Assembly: GCA_030324005.1 (NCBI GenBank)
Contig: JARDVH010000167.1
Location: 1,494,730 to 1,558,729 of the forward strand
Source of the DNA: Negaprion brevirostris
Lineage: Eukaryota
DNA length: 64,000 nucleotides
Direction: 5' to 3'
Part shown: positions 26,626-40,590 of the stretch, one piece after another
How the letters are laid out: each line of letters starts with the position of its first letter
Numbering within the stretch: the stretch's first letter is position 1
The notes under the pieces: model-generated
Told to the model about the DNA's origin: nothing
The model's input: only the letters and a program-made list of their open reading frames with translations
Databases searched by the model: none
Program-made: the position numbers and the translations under genes

Positions 26626-27394
26626 CTGCGCAAAAGCAACACGTTAGCCACAAGAAACCTTCTGTTTTCTTCAGTCATTTGCAACTGATTGGACAGAAAA
26701 CGGGTCGCAGATGTGGACGATGTGTGTTCTCCTGTCGCGGGAACCAGACCTTTGCGAAATTGCTGCCGTACCTGTCACCAATGTATTCACTAGCCCCGCA
26801 GAATATAACTTTCCCATCCCATGCGGCAGGTGAAATGCTGTATAAGGTCTCATTCATTCTGGATTTATAAAAGCAATGAAGTAACTAGTTTAAACTGACT
26901 ACACGGTACATGCAGCCTTTAACACAAAAGGGCTGTGAACACAGGATCGAATTGATGAACGGTTCTGTTTTGCTCCAGTTTTGGATAGCGGTAAATGAGA
27001 AACCCGTGAATCGCCGTTAGTTTAATGGGTGGACAGCAGGTTGCCCGTCTGTCCACATCAACTCAACGGCTCGGTCCCGATTTTAACTCCATGCAAACTG
27101 AATGGGTTTACAACAAGTTTAAATTTCGCCCGACCGGTCACCGCATTTGACACCAATTGAAGGATTGGGGAGAATTTCAAATAGTTCAGCCTCATCGTTT
27201 TAAAACTCGTTTAACTCAATAACCAGCGAGATGTCAACTGGTTTGTGCCACGAGTGTATTTATAATTGGGTGAAGTTTCGCGAAAACAGTGCCCCCTCCC
27301 CAGCCCCACCCAGACATTTTGCGGTGTGTCTGCCTGGAAGAGACGGATGAACTCGGAGTCCCGGCTCATAGCGGGACATTCAGGGTGTACTCAC

Positions 27395-27458
27395 CGTTGC
27401 TGTACAGTAGCTGCAGCTTGTAATGTGTCCCGTTGTTAGTTTTGTCGTTTCCCGGCTC
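27395..27458 (-). CDS. EBF2: EBF/COE coding exon 3 (64 nt): [21 protein letters not shown](G)
   Basis: Acceptor tctcttccag| and donor ACG|gtgagt. Conserved [15 protein letters not shown] motif; THYKL is the EBF2-type variant. Confidence 0.96.
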
Positions 27459-28545
27459 CTGGAAGAGAGATTTCAGAGATTAATTTCTCTCTGACCTGTG
27501 GGGGGGTAACCTCGTCGCCGTTACAATGCGGGAGCAACTCGCTCCATCAGATTCATGTCCGAAAGTCGACTTCATTTGGACGGATTTACTGCAGGGACAC
27601 AAGCCACAGAATTCAGTCCCCGAATGATTCCCGCCCCGGACATTCAAAATCTCATTTCTGTAAGGCGTTGGTCACCAGTTATTGAAAACAAAATTATTCC
27701 TCTAAAATTAGGTTTGAACTGAGGCGAAACGAGCAGCGGTGGACTGAAAGATGACATTAATCTCTAGTTAACTTACAGAATGAGAAAAGAGAGTTTGATC
27801 TATTACACCGGATGTATTCACAGTAAATACCCAGAGCTCAGCATTGAAACTCCGACTTTTTAATCAACCAGTGTCAACAGGTCATCTTCTTTGCAAAATA
27901 AAACCTTCCGTCAGAGATCTCAGAAACAAGACCGAATCTTCTCCTTGATTATTTCGAATTGCCCGACTTCATCTCCCCGACCGATTGTGGCCGCTTGGTC
28001 CCCAGGTCAATCTCAGACTGGGTTTGAGTTGTGCAATGATCACTCCCCGGAGCCGAGTTTCCGCGAACCGGGAATATTCCCAGCCCGGGATTCACGCTGG
28101 CAAACAAGGAGCAGAGTCAGACTTTGTGATCTGAGGGTTGCACAGTTGAAGACCGGTGGATAAGATATAAATGCTGCGGACGGGATGGTCACCCGGAGGC
28201 AGTGATTGCCGCTTCGAAACTTCCATTCAATGTTATTTACTGAACACTTCTCAGTCTCCCGGCTTCATCGCAATTAAGCTTTGGGACGACAAGGCTATGT
28301 TACTAAAATATCTGAAAGGTTTGGCACCTAAAAGGAACACTTATTGGACTGAAAAGTTATGATTTAATCCAGGTTTATTGTGGGATCTGGAGTGTGTGGG
28401 TGGTTTGTTTCAGGAGACTGAAAGACGAAGGTGTTTAGACTGTCGCTCATTCAGCCCGCTTCTTAATGAAAAGCAAACTTCCTACACATTGTCACCATGA
28501 TGGGCCGACACCAAAAATTGTCTTTTTTTTTTGTCGCTCACGTTA

Positions 28546-28800
<255 letters not shown>

Positions 28801-30542
28801 TCATCGCGCGGACAGCGAATCTGCCAAATGGCCATTTCCCAAATCTCCCGAAACCGCATTCGAGATTATATTTCAAGATACAAGCTGGGCCATTCTGTTC
28901 AACATNNNNNNNNNNNNNNNNNNNNNNNNNNNNNNNNNNNNNNNNNNNNNNNNNNNNNNNNNNNNNNNNNNNNNNNNNNNNNNNNNNNNNNNNNNNNNNN
29001 NNNNNNNNNNNNNNNNNNNNNNNNNNNNNNNNNNNNNNNNNNNNNNNNNNNNNNNNNNNNNNNNNNNNNNNNNNNNNNNNNNNNNNNNNNNNNNNNNNNN
29101 NNNNNNNNNNNNNNNNNNNNNNNNNNNNNNNNNNNNNNNNNNNNNNNNNNNNNNNNNNNNNNNNNNNNNNNNNNNNNNNNNNNNNNNNNNNNNNNNNNNN
29201 NNNNNNNNNNNNNNNNNNNNNNNNNNNNNNNNNNNNNNNNNNNNNNNNNNNNNNNNNNNNNNNNNNNNNNNNNNNNNNNNNNNNNNNNNNNNNNNNNNNN
29301 NNNNNNNNNNNNNNNNNNNNNNNNNNNNNNNNNNNNNNNNNNNNNNNNNNNNNNNNNNNNNNNNNNNNNNNNNNNNNNNNNNNNNNNNNNNNNNNNNNNN
29401 NNNNNNNNNNNNNNNTGGTGTGAGAATTTCATGGCTAAATGCAGTCAGCGAATCTTTTGCGGTGACTTAAATTGGAGCAACCTCGTCGCTCAGACAACAT
29501 TGGCAAGTGGGATAAATAATTCTGCATCATCCTACAGACAGGATTGGCGCCGATAGCTAACTTCCTGTTCTCTGTCTCGTGTGATTGGGTTTTATTAAGA
29601 GATTATTTTCATTTTTCAAAAAATTGAGTTCACGTGAGAAATGGAGCAGTTGGGGAAAAATGAGTGCAGGGATTCTGATTCGATACCATTTCAAAATTTG
29701 GACTCTGAAGGTTAAAAAATCAGATTTTGACATGCTTTTTAGAATGTTAGTGAAGGTCTTAAGATTTTTGCATAATTTCCTTCATAAATAATAATGGAAT
29801 ACATTGTTGTGTAAAGTGCGGCTGGTTGTTTCACATTGAGTGTGGACATAATTATCTCTTCAGTGTAGACAGTTCATTTCAGCTTGTCAGCTGTAAGACC
29901 GACTCAGGTGTGTGTGTGTGTGTGTGTGTCCTTAAAATATTATCGATGGATTTTGATATCCTTAATTCCTGTTCTATACCCGGGAGGGGTGTTCACCAAA
30001 CCTGAGCTAAAGATTCTGAGAAAAAGATTGAATTGTCATTTCATATTTGCCTTTTGTCTTGGCCTTTCCTCGACTGTTCGGTAAACATTGACCGTCCTAT
30101 TTTAACCCGTTATTTAACATATACTGGTACAATGTTTACATATCATTAGAAATCTCTCACAGTACAACTGGGGATGATGACAGCAGTACCGCAGGGACTA
30201 ATGGAAGCACCGCTTTCTAATTTCATCAAATTGATTTCTCCCCCGCTACCGTCTCTCTCCCTCGACACCCCCATCACCCCTCTCCCCCCCCCCTCCCCCT
30301 TCCACACACACACACACACACAGCCCGGGTCCCTCAGCAACTTCTGGTCGGCTGAATTTAAAATGTTGAGAGACGGAAAGGAAATGAATTACTTTCGTTT
30401 TGGTTTGTGTTAACGGGACTCTGCCGTGTTTAAGCGCTGGGAAAGCGGGAGGTTGCAATGCGATTGTCATGCCATCCAAAGATTATGTCAACTGATCAGC
30501 AGCCTGTCGTGTAGTTGTAGTTTAGTTTGTCCTTTACTGTAC

Positions 30543-30676
30543 CTCTGTGCCGCTACATTCGCGGCCACCACCCCAACGGTCCGGACCCAAGATCGAACAG
30601 CGTCCATTCCGCTCCCACTCGATTTGTCCTTGATATCAGCCCCTCCTCTAGGTAAGTGCTCCTGAATCCCAAACAT
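30543..30676 (-). CDS. EBF2: EBF/COE transcription factor, coding exon 1 (134 nt): [44 protein letters not shown](S)
   Basis: ATG at 30676. The MFGIQ...VRSW...AAQS N-terminus is typical of vertebrate EBFs. Donor AG|gtacag at 30542-30541, phase 2, matches exon 2. Family call is secure; the EBF2 paralog call rests on residues such as VRSWVR and ANVAAQSGVAL. Confidence 0.93.
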
Positions 30677-31589
30677 TGAAGGTAAGAGTTAAGAATTAAT
30701 ACTTTTTTTATCTGAAAAAGGACGATTGCAGAATTCTTCAAGAGTAGAAAATCCCAGAACAGAAAGCGCAGCGTTTCTTTCACACAGATTTGGTTAAAAG
30801 TTGTTCTAAAAAGCTCTCCAATGCCACAGAGTTCGCTGAGGCGGTTAGCAGGGAAGTTTTTTTTTTAGAGATTTATCCTCCTCTGGGTGCTGTCATCCTT
30901 CAAGCAGAAAACCATCGAGGAATCGATCACGGGCTAACAAGCTTCATCTGCCTGCCGAAAACGGGAGAGACATTGATCCGCACACAAACAGTGACTGTCC
31001 TTAATCCAGGGCGGTGGAAATACAGAGATGAGGGGCCTGGGAGTCTCTCACCGGCTCTGACATCTATAGCTCCATTCCGCAATATCCTGGCTGTAATGAA
31101 TGATTCCCTGTGCGGGAGGGCCGAAGCACTAACTGACAGCTCCGAGGGCGTGGAGGAGGCGTTCCTGCTCCATTTATACTTTCTGAATCAGTGTTGGCCA
31201 TTTTCAGATNNNNNNNNNNNNNNNNNNNNNNNNNNNNNNNNNNNNNNNNNNNNNNNNNNNNNNNNNNNNNNNNNNNNNNNNNNNNNNNNNNNNNNNNNNN
31301 NNNNNNNNNNNNNNNNNNNNNNNNNNNNNNNNNNNNNNNNNNNNNNNNNNNNNNNNNNNNNNNNNNNNNNNNNNNNNNNNNNNNNNNNNNNNNNNNNNNN
31401 NNNNNNNNNNNNNNNNNNNNNNNNNNNNNNNNNNNNNNNNNNNNNNNNNNNNNNNNNNNNNNNNNNNNNNNNNNNNNNNNNNNNNNNNNNNNNNNNNNNN
31501 NNNNNNNNNNNNNNNNNNNNNNNNNNNNNNNNNNNNNNNNNNNNNNNNNNNNNNNNNNNNNNNNNNNNNNNNNNNNNNNGACACTATTT

Positions 31590-32390
31590 TCTCTTGTTCC
31601 CGTCGCTTTGTGTTACTGTCTCTGTCTCACCCCATAACTCCACCTCTATCTTTTGTCACTGTCTCTGTCACTCTATCTGTGTCACTGTCTGTCTCTGACC
31701 CTGTCACTTATCTGTATAACTCTCTGTTCCTGCCACTCTCTCGACACTCTACCTGTGTCGCTGTGTCTCTCTATCCCTCTCAGTCCATCTTTGTCACTGT
31801 CTCTGCCTCTATCTTTTGTTATTTCCTTCTAACACTGTCACTCTGTGTCTATCTGTGTTATTCTCTATCTCTGTTCCGGTCTGTGTTACACTCTCTCTCT
31901 GTCCTTCATTCTATCGGTGTCACTGTCTCTCTCTGTCACAGTCTGTGTCATGGTCTGACTGTCTCTCTCTCCCCCTCTATCTCTCACACTCTTTGTCATT
32001 TTGTCTGTGTCCCTGGCTTCAGTTCTTTTCTCTGTCTTGTCCGTATCTATATGTATTACTTTTTCTCTTTCTGTCCGTCACTGTCTATCTGTTTCTCTTC
32101 CACTGTCTGTCTCCTCTCTCGGTGTGTGGCACTGTCTCTCTTCGTCATTGTCACTCTTCTGTGTCACTGTCTTTAGTTGTATTTATATTCGGATCTATTA
32201 TTGTCAATATCTTCCTTTCTGTTCCTATCCCGCCCAACTTATTATCTCCCTTTTCTGGCCACCGTCCCTTATATTGTCTTTGTGACTGCCCCGTCTCTCT
32301 TTCTCTCTCTGCCCCTCACTCTCTTTCTGTTCCCGTCTCTGTCCTGTTGTGTCTCTTTCGTTTCTGTCCCATGTGACACTGACTCTCATG
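31590..32390. repeat. Degenerate TC/TG-rich low-complexity tract (tctgtcactg-like units)
   Basis: Repeated tctctgtcac/tgtctct units; these generate the spurious ORFs at 31610-32398. Confidence 0.85.
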
Positions 32391-35300
32391 CTAGTTAACA
32401 CTGCATCCAGATTTATACTCGTCGATCTTTTCTTCCTCCTTCTCCAGGGGTAGCTACTCCATTGGGTTTAGTTGCTCTCAATCTTGTAATTCAATCCCCT
32501 TTTCGCCTTGATACCTCTCTGATTTTTTGATTGATTTGAAATCCATTAAGTTGAGGCGTACAACACAAAACTTTGACCCGTTTGGGTTGTGAAAAACGAC
32601 TTGAGCCTGACGTTAAACTCCTTTTACCTCGAGCGGCATACTGACCCTCAGCTCTCACTGAACTACTCCAGAAAATCAAATGTAGTCTACCAAAAACAAT
32701 ATGAAGAATTATTTTCGAAGTTTCGATGAAAACAATCTCTGCCCAGAAACTATTGAGGGGACGTGATTGTTCTAAATCCCTTTCCGCACAAAACGCTCAT
32801 TTTCATTTTTATGAATACAGATTAAACATTGTATTTGTTAGAGATCGAATCGACTATCTGATAATGTCATTGATTTAAGTTCAATGATTACAGATCATTT
32901 ATAGTCATTGAAAACAGGCAATAAATATCAGTATTCTGATGAACTTCCATATTAATTTGGGAGATGATTGACTGTGACCTGTTGGAAAGTTATCAGTCAG
33001 AAAATGAAGTTGACCAGTCGGATAAACATTTTCAGAACACATTGGGGACGAGGAACAAACCGGGGAGAAATTCTCCGCCTTCTTGTTTCGATGTGTAACG
33101 TTTCATGGTCCAGTTGCCACCGGCTGTGTGTGTGTTTTCAGTGGTAGGTTTGTAACTGAAGGGAAGGTTGGCTAGAGCAGTAGAATCGTTAGTCAGGAGA
33201 CGCTGAGACCTCGGGGAGGGCATGGGCCGGGGCACGATGGCATTGAGAGAGGTAGTTAGTGGGCATGGGACGTGAATAAACCAAAACCTGAACCTGAGGA
33301 TCTCCAGAGTTCGGATCCAGTGAGCAGGGGACCGTTTGCACTTATTCTCCTCCTTCCCCAGGATGTATTCATTGCATCATGTTTTGAAAACTGTTGGTCA
33401 ACATTTGAATCTAACTGTTGCACCGGGGAAGTGACTTTATTCTCCACGCTGTTTATTGGGCCGTTTCGCTTTTGAAGAGGGAACGGGAGACGTTCACAGA
33501 CAGGGGGACGCTTGGTATGCAAACAGATTTAGTGACAAACAATGAAACTCGGCTCACAGACCATCTGCCGGAGCGACCCTCAGCTGTCACCCAGATCCCT
33601 TAAAGGGGCCCATCCAGCTGATATTTTTTGTCGGAAGTTAAACAATTTGGATGGAAGAGAACGGTTATCCTGGAATAGGGAACAAGGAATTTCTTTTAAA
33701 AAAATGTATCGGATGATCCACCTACAGTAATCACCATCATCATAGATTTAATTATAATTTTTCTTTAAGTGACATTCATCTTTATGGAAAACAAATTGAT
33801 GACAATTCAGCTGTACAATAAATTAAATGGGGGAGAATCACCAAAAGTGTTTTATTTTTGCCTCCTAACTTACAGTAATAGTCGCCGGGCAGACTTACGG
33901 GGTTATCCGGTGCATTTTTTAAATTCATTTTGGTTTTTAGCTCACAATGTTCCAGAGGAATGTTAAGGGTGAGATAAGAGGTTCTCGGCCCGTTATTCTC
34001 CCTAAAGCCGAACACACAAACTGGCTTTTTCACCTGGAGAATCATCAGGAACACCTCAGCCCCTTTCCCGGAAATATCTGGATGTTTGAAAGCAGCTTTT
34101 CAGCCATTTAAATTGTTACCTTTGTCCATCTCAGAACTGCGATTTTTATATTTTGTTTGGGGAAAAATAACGAAGCTCTTGTTATGAAAATGAATTCACC
34201 TGGCAGCGTAAAAATCGGAGAAGTATTTAGATTAACGAAAATAAACTCTGATTACCGGATTAAACGATGATTTTTTGGCATCGAAATATGTAATATGTGA
34301 TATTTGAAATCCTAATCATTCCAGCTCCAATTACTCATGAAATGTCTTGATTTATTAGAATTCGATGGTTTCGCTGAAAGGTTCGGTGTTGCCTTGATTC
34401 AGGTATTATTTTGTAATGGTTGCGTTGTGTCTGGTTGATGGAGACAATAATGTTTGTGAGAGCAGCATTGGAGTGAAGTCCAATAACGGGACAGCTGCCG
34501 GCAAGCGGCGAATAATCTGCTCCAAAATCATCAGTTGAGTTTAGCCATTGTTTAAATAATCGTTAAAATGCCGCGGTCTGGAGGCGGTTTCCAATTGGGA
34601 TTTGTCTGTTTGGGCCGTGGATGGAGAGAATGCTAATTGACGCCCTCTCCTCTCCATCCCCTTTCCGTTGCTGCAGAGTGTGAGGCCCAGGGACAATAGG
34701 AAGGCGTGTGCCAGAGCTCAGCTCTGTCTGCGGGGATAGCGGACATTCAACCGGCTCAGAACACTGGCCAGGCTCAGCCAGCTGGCCACAGGGAAAATAA
34801 CAATGACCCAGACCACATCTTATATACCATTATAGAAAAGGTTCCAGATATCAGCTTTCAACAAATATCGCCGTCCTTTGAAACTTCGAAAATAGCTTCA
34901 ACTTTTCCCACAGTATCTTCATATGATCGATATTTCTATCAAACATACTTATCTTTGATATGCCCTTGTGTGTACCTCTTTCTTTACGAAACATGTTCCG
35001 ACGCCTTCACGCTGTTTTCTTCCAACCTTTCAACCTCCCCTTTTTATTCTAAATTCTGCAGACTTTGACAACTCAAGCTTGCTGTTGACCCGTCAAGGCT
35101 CAATCTTAAGTTTTACTCGTTTCCACAACTTTGGTGGTGTTCTGCGCCTAAGGACTGGTCAGTTATCTATGATACGGGTGATTGAGGAATTAACATTGAT
35201 ATGCGGTGTGGCCTGATGTGGCACAGGATGAAGTGAAATTTCCAACAGTTTGCTGAAACGGATGATCATTAAATCTATCAGATCGAAACGCTCATTCAAC

Positions 35301-37964
35301 ATTGGAGACAAGGAACCTGCCACAAGACACATCGCGCGGACAGATGCGCAGATCATTAAAATGGATTAAACAGATACAAGTTTACACAAGTCCCCGTGTC
35401 CCGCCCGACAGTTGCTTGTGATTTTTCATTCAGTGTAGATTAACATGACAATAATGATTTTCACAATTGACACGGGGAGATACACCGCGCAGCGCCCCCC
35501 AGTCAGACTGTGACACTCTCATTCAAAGAGTTTTCGTTTCTTTTTCCATTGATGGACTCGTCGATCTGTACCCCTCGCCCCACCATCTCCAACACTACGC
35601 ACCCTCCCTACCCCCGATTCTCCCCCACTTCGTACAAAACGGCGCAGTTAAAANNNNNNNNNNTGATTAACGAATCTAACCTGATTTTTAAGTCCGTTTC
35701 GTTTCTCGTGTCAACCCATCCTGGCCGTCCCGCAAGATTTCCAGACACTTTGCTGAGGCCGGTCCTGCCAGGTCTTGTGAAACCAAGAGGAGAAATGGGA
35801 AAGAGATTTATCCGATCGCACACAGGATCAACAATATTGTGTGAAACAGAAGCCTTGGTTTTTATACAGTGTTTTTGGACGGAATGAATCCTAAAGTACA
35901 ATTATTCTAATCTGATAAAGTGTTCTACTGATAATTTTTATCAGGTCCGACAGTGGACCTGGATATAAAATGCACATTTTTTTGGAACCAAGGATTTACT
36001 TTAAGTTTCATATTACATGCGGTGAGCAGACGGTAGGCGGTGGTGGGTTTTTTTGGAGGGGAGGAAGGAATAAATAGATTGAATCATTCCTCCTCAATAA
36101 TCGTTATATATTTACATGCACTTTCACAATTAGCAGGCAGCAGTTTATATCCCATAAGAAACGCTGAATATTAAAACTGTGAGGGATAATTGGACCTCCT
36201 GCTGTTCCTGATACGATTATGTCACTGCCTGGGGCCAAGTTTCATCACACACAGTTTTTGAACTCACTGCATCCATCGGTCCGATGGGGTATTTATTTAT
36301 CCGGCGCGTATCAATTAGTCGTAAACTATGTGCAGTGCTAGCTGCAAAGTTGTCAAACCGCCCCCTCCGCGCACACACACACACATCGCCTCCTCCTCAT
36401 CTTTGAGAAGGATACAGACAGCAAACATCCTGATCACAGTCCTTATAATCCACACTTATCCAAGTTCTCCTCCGTCCAGACAAAAATCCCAGTAAATGTA
36501 AGCTGTGACCAATTTAACGCTATGCCATCACTTTATATATAAATAAGGCATTTGTTCATTCGTTTTTTTTAAGGACGGGGGACAGGGGTGTTGTACTTTG
36601 CGCCTTCTAGTTGTGAATTCAACTGAGACTTATTAATTTTCTGTCTCACTGTATATACGCGTTGGAATAATTTTCCGGTTCGGTATGGTTCACGTTATCG
36701 ATATCACTCGCACCGTTATTGACACTCTCTTTAAGATTCCTCTTCCCAAATTATTTTTGTCAATTTCGGGTACATTTCACTTCCCCCAGCGTCCCCTCCA
36801 CATACACTACCCACTCCCACTCCACCCCCCCCCCCTCCGCATTTTGAATTGATTTCAATATTGACACCAGTCGCAATAAAACAAGTTTAACAGCTATACT
36901 ATCTGTGAAATAGTAACACAGCAGAACTCTGTTCCCGCCCCGAATACCGCTTTAATTATCAAAGATCAAGAAAGATTGAGATGGGATTTGAAACATTGAA
37001 GAAAGACTAAAATTTCCTGGATAGAGACAGATACAGGAATTCATTGATAGACAGCCAGAAAGACACAAGAGAGTGGTCCACACATTAATAAATAGATACA
37101 TAAGAATACACACCTGCAGCCCAGGCAGTATGTTGAGTTTTCTGAACTCAGTGCTCTGAAGTGCAGTGATTTAGCATCAGTCTTGTGAGTGCATCCACTT
37201 CACTGACTTTTCCGGGCGCTTTTTGCAGGCAAGATTACACCATGGGTTAACTCTGCCCTCAAATCAAAGTCAACTCGCGTCTCGGCTTCTTTGTTCAGCA
37301 GATGTTGCACCTCCTGAAACCCACAGGAGGCGTTTGAAAATAGCACCGTGCTTACTGAGGACGAGGAGCGCCACGCCGTGGCAGTGATCTGTGTTTTCAA
37401 GCAGCTTCTCCCTCCCCGCAATCTTCTCTCTCCTGCTTTTGCATGGGGTGCTTCTCGCCGTGTGTTGCCCTCAACCCAATGGGTGTTATTCTTCACTTGC
37501 GAGCCTGGCCAGAGAGTTTCAGCAGCTCTTCCAGTTTACTGCACGGCTCAGTGCTGACTTTTCTGATTGGCGTTTCTTTTCAGAGTTCGCGTATGCAACT
37601 TAGAATTGCACGCAGAGGAACTTTGCCAGCCAGGCATGTACCCCTGGCATTCACAGATGCTGCCTTTCAGCAGGGGACAGAGACTTGCACTTTCCAGCTC
37701 TTACACGATCTGGACATGTCCCAAAGCGCTTGACAGCCAAAAGTACGTTGTCGCTTTTGTCGTCACCAGAATCCTGATCATTTTTCTTCACTGAATTAGG
37801 GATATTGAGGCATAGATCTGGCAAGCTAGCAACACAGTAGACCATTCAGCCCATTGTGCTTATGCTCGCTCTTTGAAAGATCAATTGAACAATCCGAAAC
37901 TATCCCCACTGAGATGGTGGGTCAGCTACCTCAGGACAGACAGGAAACCAAATCGAATATCAGG

Positions 37965-38124
37965 TACCAAAAGAGAAGATGCTGGAAAATCTCAGCAGGT
38001 CTGGCAGCATCTGTAAGGAGAGAAAAGCTTTGACAAAGGGTCATCTGGACTCGAAACATCAGCTTTCCAGCATTTTCCCTTTTGGTTTCAGATTCCAGCA
38101 TCCACAGTAATTTGCTTTTATCTG
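37965..38124. mobile_element. Short inverted Penelope-like-derived element, TSD atatcagg
   Basis: gatgctggaaaatctcagcaggtctggcagcatctg...ttccagcattttcc...ttcagattccagcatcc; atatcagg at 37957-37964 and 38125-38132. Confidence 0.65.
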
Positions 38125-39349
38125 ATATCAGGNNNNNNNNNNNNNNNNNNNNNNNNNNNNNNNNNNNNNNNNNNNNNNNNNNNNNNNNNNNNNNNNNNNN
38201 NNNGATCTTATTGAATGGTGGGGCAGGTTTGAGGGGCTAGATGGCCTACTCCTGCTCCTATTTCTTATGTTCTTATGTTCCTCACAAGGTATTTCAGCTA
38301 ATCTCTTTCAAAGAAATACCACTGATTTCTTAACAGCAGCTCCAACTCAGCCTGGAAGCACTCTTACTTATTCTACCTGCAATGAATTGTCAGGAATTGG
38401 ATTCCAGCTCAGATTGCCCCTACAACTGTTTGCTGCCCAGCCATACAGTCACTTTATCTGAATTTGTGTCCCATGGTATTTGCCAGGCTGCTCTATGGAG
38501 TCTATAGTCAGGCACAGTTCCAGCTCTTCAGGTGCGCTGCTGCCAGTGACTGCTCTGGGGTCCTTTGATCCCCAACTGCCAGCTTCACTGAACACCTATT
38601 ACCCCTGGACTATTCAAGTGCTCTAGCTGCACAATGCTAACCCTATTCTTCTGCTCCTGATCAACTGTCACAAGAGCACATTTTGCACCTAAGCCCACAG
38701 TCACCCGAGCAAGTTTTACACAAAGTTATGCATTTGTTTTGCATCCTTCTGAGAGAGCACACAGGACTCAGTTTAACATCCCATCCACAAATGAAACAGC
38801 AGTTCCTGCAGTGCAGACCATGTTTCATTGTCAGGTTTTCATATTATCTCCCATTTAGGTGTATTGCTGCTTCAAAATATATGGCTACAATTTAAAGATA
38901 GCAGTTCGCTCACAGTGTCGAACCAAGTATCACAGACACCAGTGAAAGTGCCGTCAACTTGCGATGACACTATGTCTTTAATAAATGCATTTTTATCATA
39001 TTTCTTTAAAGGATATGTTTAAAATTTAACTCTCTTTTACATGGTGTCGATTTGCCCCAATATCAGGCAGCTCATATGCTGAGAACACAGGCTAATGATT
39101 GATTTTAGCTCAGGATGTATTCGTTTTAATCTTCTTTAATGCATTTTTGTTTATTTTGGTTTTTTTCTTGGGGTTTCAGAAGGGTTTTGATGAGATTGAT
39201 TGATGAAGGCAGAGACATGTGATTGGGTGGAGCTAAGCTTACAGGGAAAACACAAAATTCTCTTTTATTTTTCAACAATCAGATTCTGCCTGGTCCTGAA
39301 AGAAGCAAGAAGTCTCTCTTTCTCTCTGCTTGGAACTGTAAGAAGGCAG

Positions 39350-39460
39350 GTCTCTCTCTCTCTCTCTCTTTCTCTCTGTAGAGGCTGCTGTTTGGGACTG
39401 TCAGAAGTCAGGTCTCTCTCTCTTTCTCTCTCACTCTCACACACACACACACACACACAC
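39350..39460. repeat. (TC)n and (CA)n microsatellites
   Basis: Seen directly in the sequence. Confidence 0.9.
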
Positions 39461-39691
39461 TTCAGAGGTGTTCAAAGGGTCTTGGATTGTTTACAAGGAC
39501 AAACACATAAGTCTGTGAGTTGCTTACTGATTTGAAGAGGAGTTTAAGTATATAAGAGGAATATTACCTAATAGAACTAATAGAGACAGGTTAGCAATTA
39601 AGAATTGGATCTTGTCATGTTTAAGTATTTCAATTGGTTAAAATCAAGATAATTCATTTGTTACAGCTCAACCCAGAGTGGCAGGTAGCAG

Positions 39692-40251
39692 GAATATAAA
39701 CAGAAAATGCTGAAAAAGCTCAGCAGGTCTGGCAGCATACGTGGAGAGAGAAACAGAGTTAACACTTCAAGTCTGCATGACTCTTCTTCAGAGCCAAAGA
39801 GAAGGAGGAATCTGATGGATTTGATATTGTTTGAGAGGGAGTGGAGCAAAATAGAAGGCCAGTGATAGGCGTGAGACATTGCTGGGATACATTGTACAAA
39901 AGTGTCTCCCAGCAATCCAAGACAAAGGAAGTGTTAATGGCTGTGTTAAAGACTCGATATAGAAGGTGCTAATGGTAGTAGAAAGGTAAGATAGCAGAAC
40001 GTGTTAATAGGAGAACTAAGGTCAATGCTCAGTGAAAGCAAAACATAAGAACAAGTGGCAGATGGTCCTGTGGGGTGGGGTGGGGGCAGCCGTTACGTTG
40101 GGACAAAAAGAACCTGGAGGAGGAAGTTTACAGTCTAAAGTTGTTGAACTCAGTGATAACTCCAAAAGGCTGCAGCGTGCTGAATTGAAAGATGTGTTCC
40201 TCATCCTCTTTTTTTCAGATTTGCAGCTTCCACAGTATTTTGCTTTTATTA
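39692..40251 (-). mobile_element. Penelope-like element fragment with inverted terminal piece, 13-bp TSD
   Basis: Same terminal repeat family as 37965 and 57160; tggcagg(t/c)agcag at 39679-39691 and 40252-40264. Confidence 0.65.
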
Positions 40252-40264
40252 TGGCAGGCAGCAG

Positions 40265-40590
40265 TGGACTGATTTCCTCACATAATGACCAGATCATCTG
40301 TTTTTTTTCAATGATGTTGGGTTGAAGGATAACTATTAACCAGTGCACTATTGATTATTCCCTCAGTGTTCAAAATAATATCATGCAATCTTATTTACAT
40401 TCTCCTGAGAGAGCACACAGGATTTAGTTTAACAGCTTATCCAAAAAATAAACAGCAGTTCCCACAGTGCAGCATTCATTGCTGCTACGAAATGACAACC
40501 TAAATTTGTGCTCAAGTCTCCAGAGTAGGACAAACTTGCATTTTCTGAATCAGAAGCATAGAATGCTACCCACTGAGCCACAGCTGACAC
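40265..40590 (-). mobile_element. DeuSINE-like copy with tRNA-like head
   Basis: Same core as 8150-8480; ends tgctacccactgagccacagctgacac (reverse A-box region). Confidence 0.68.

Noticed and set aside
37200-37800. Cluster of short ORFs in GC-rich DNA
   Set aside because: No recognisable protein or consistent splice structure; more likely regulatory DNA, with a DeuSINE tail at ~37700-37770.
38950-39660. Possible solo LTR remnant
   Set aside because: LTR-like composition, but no clear TG...CA ends or TSD could be identified.
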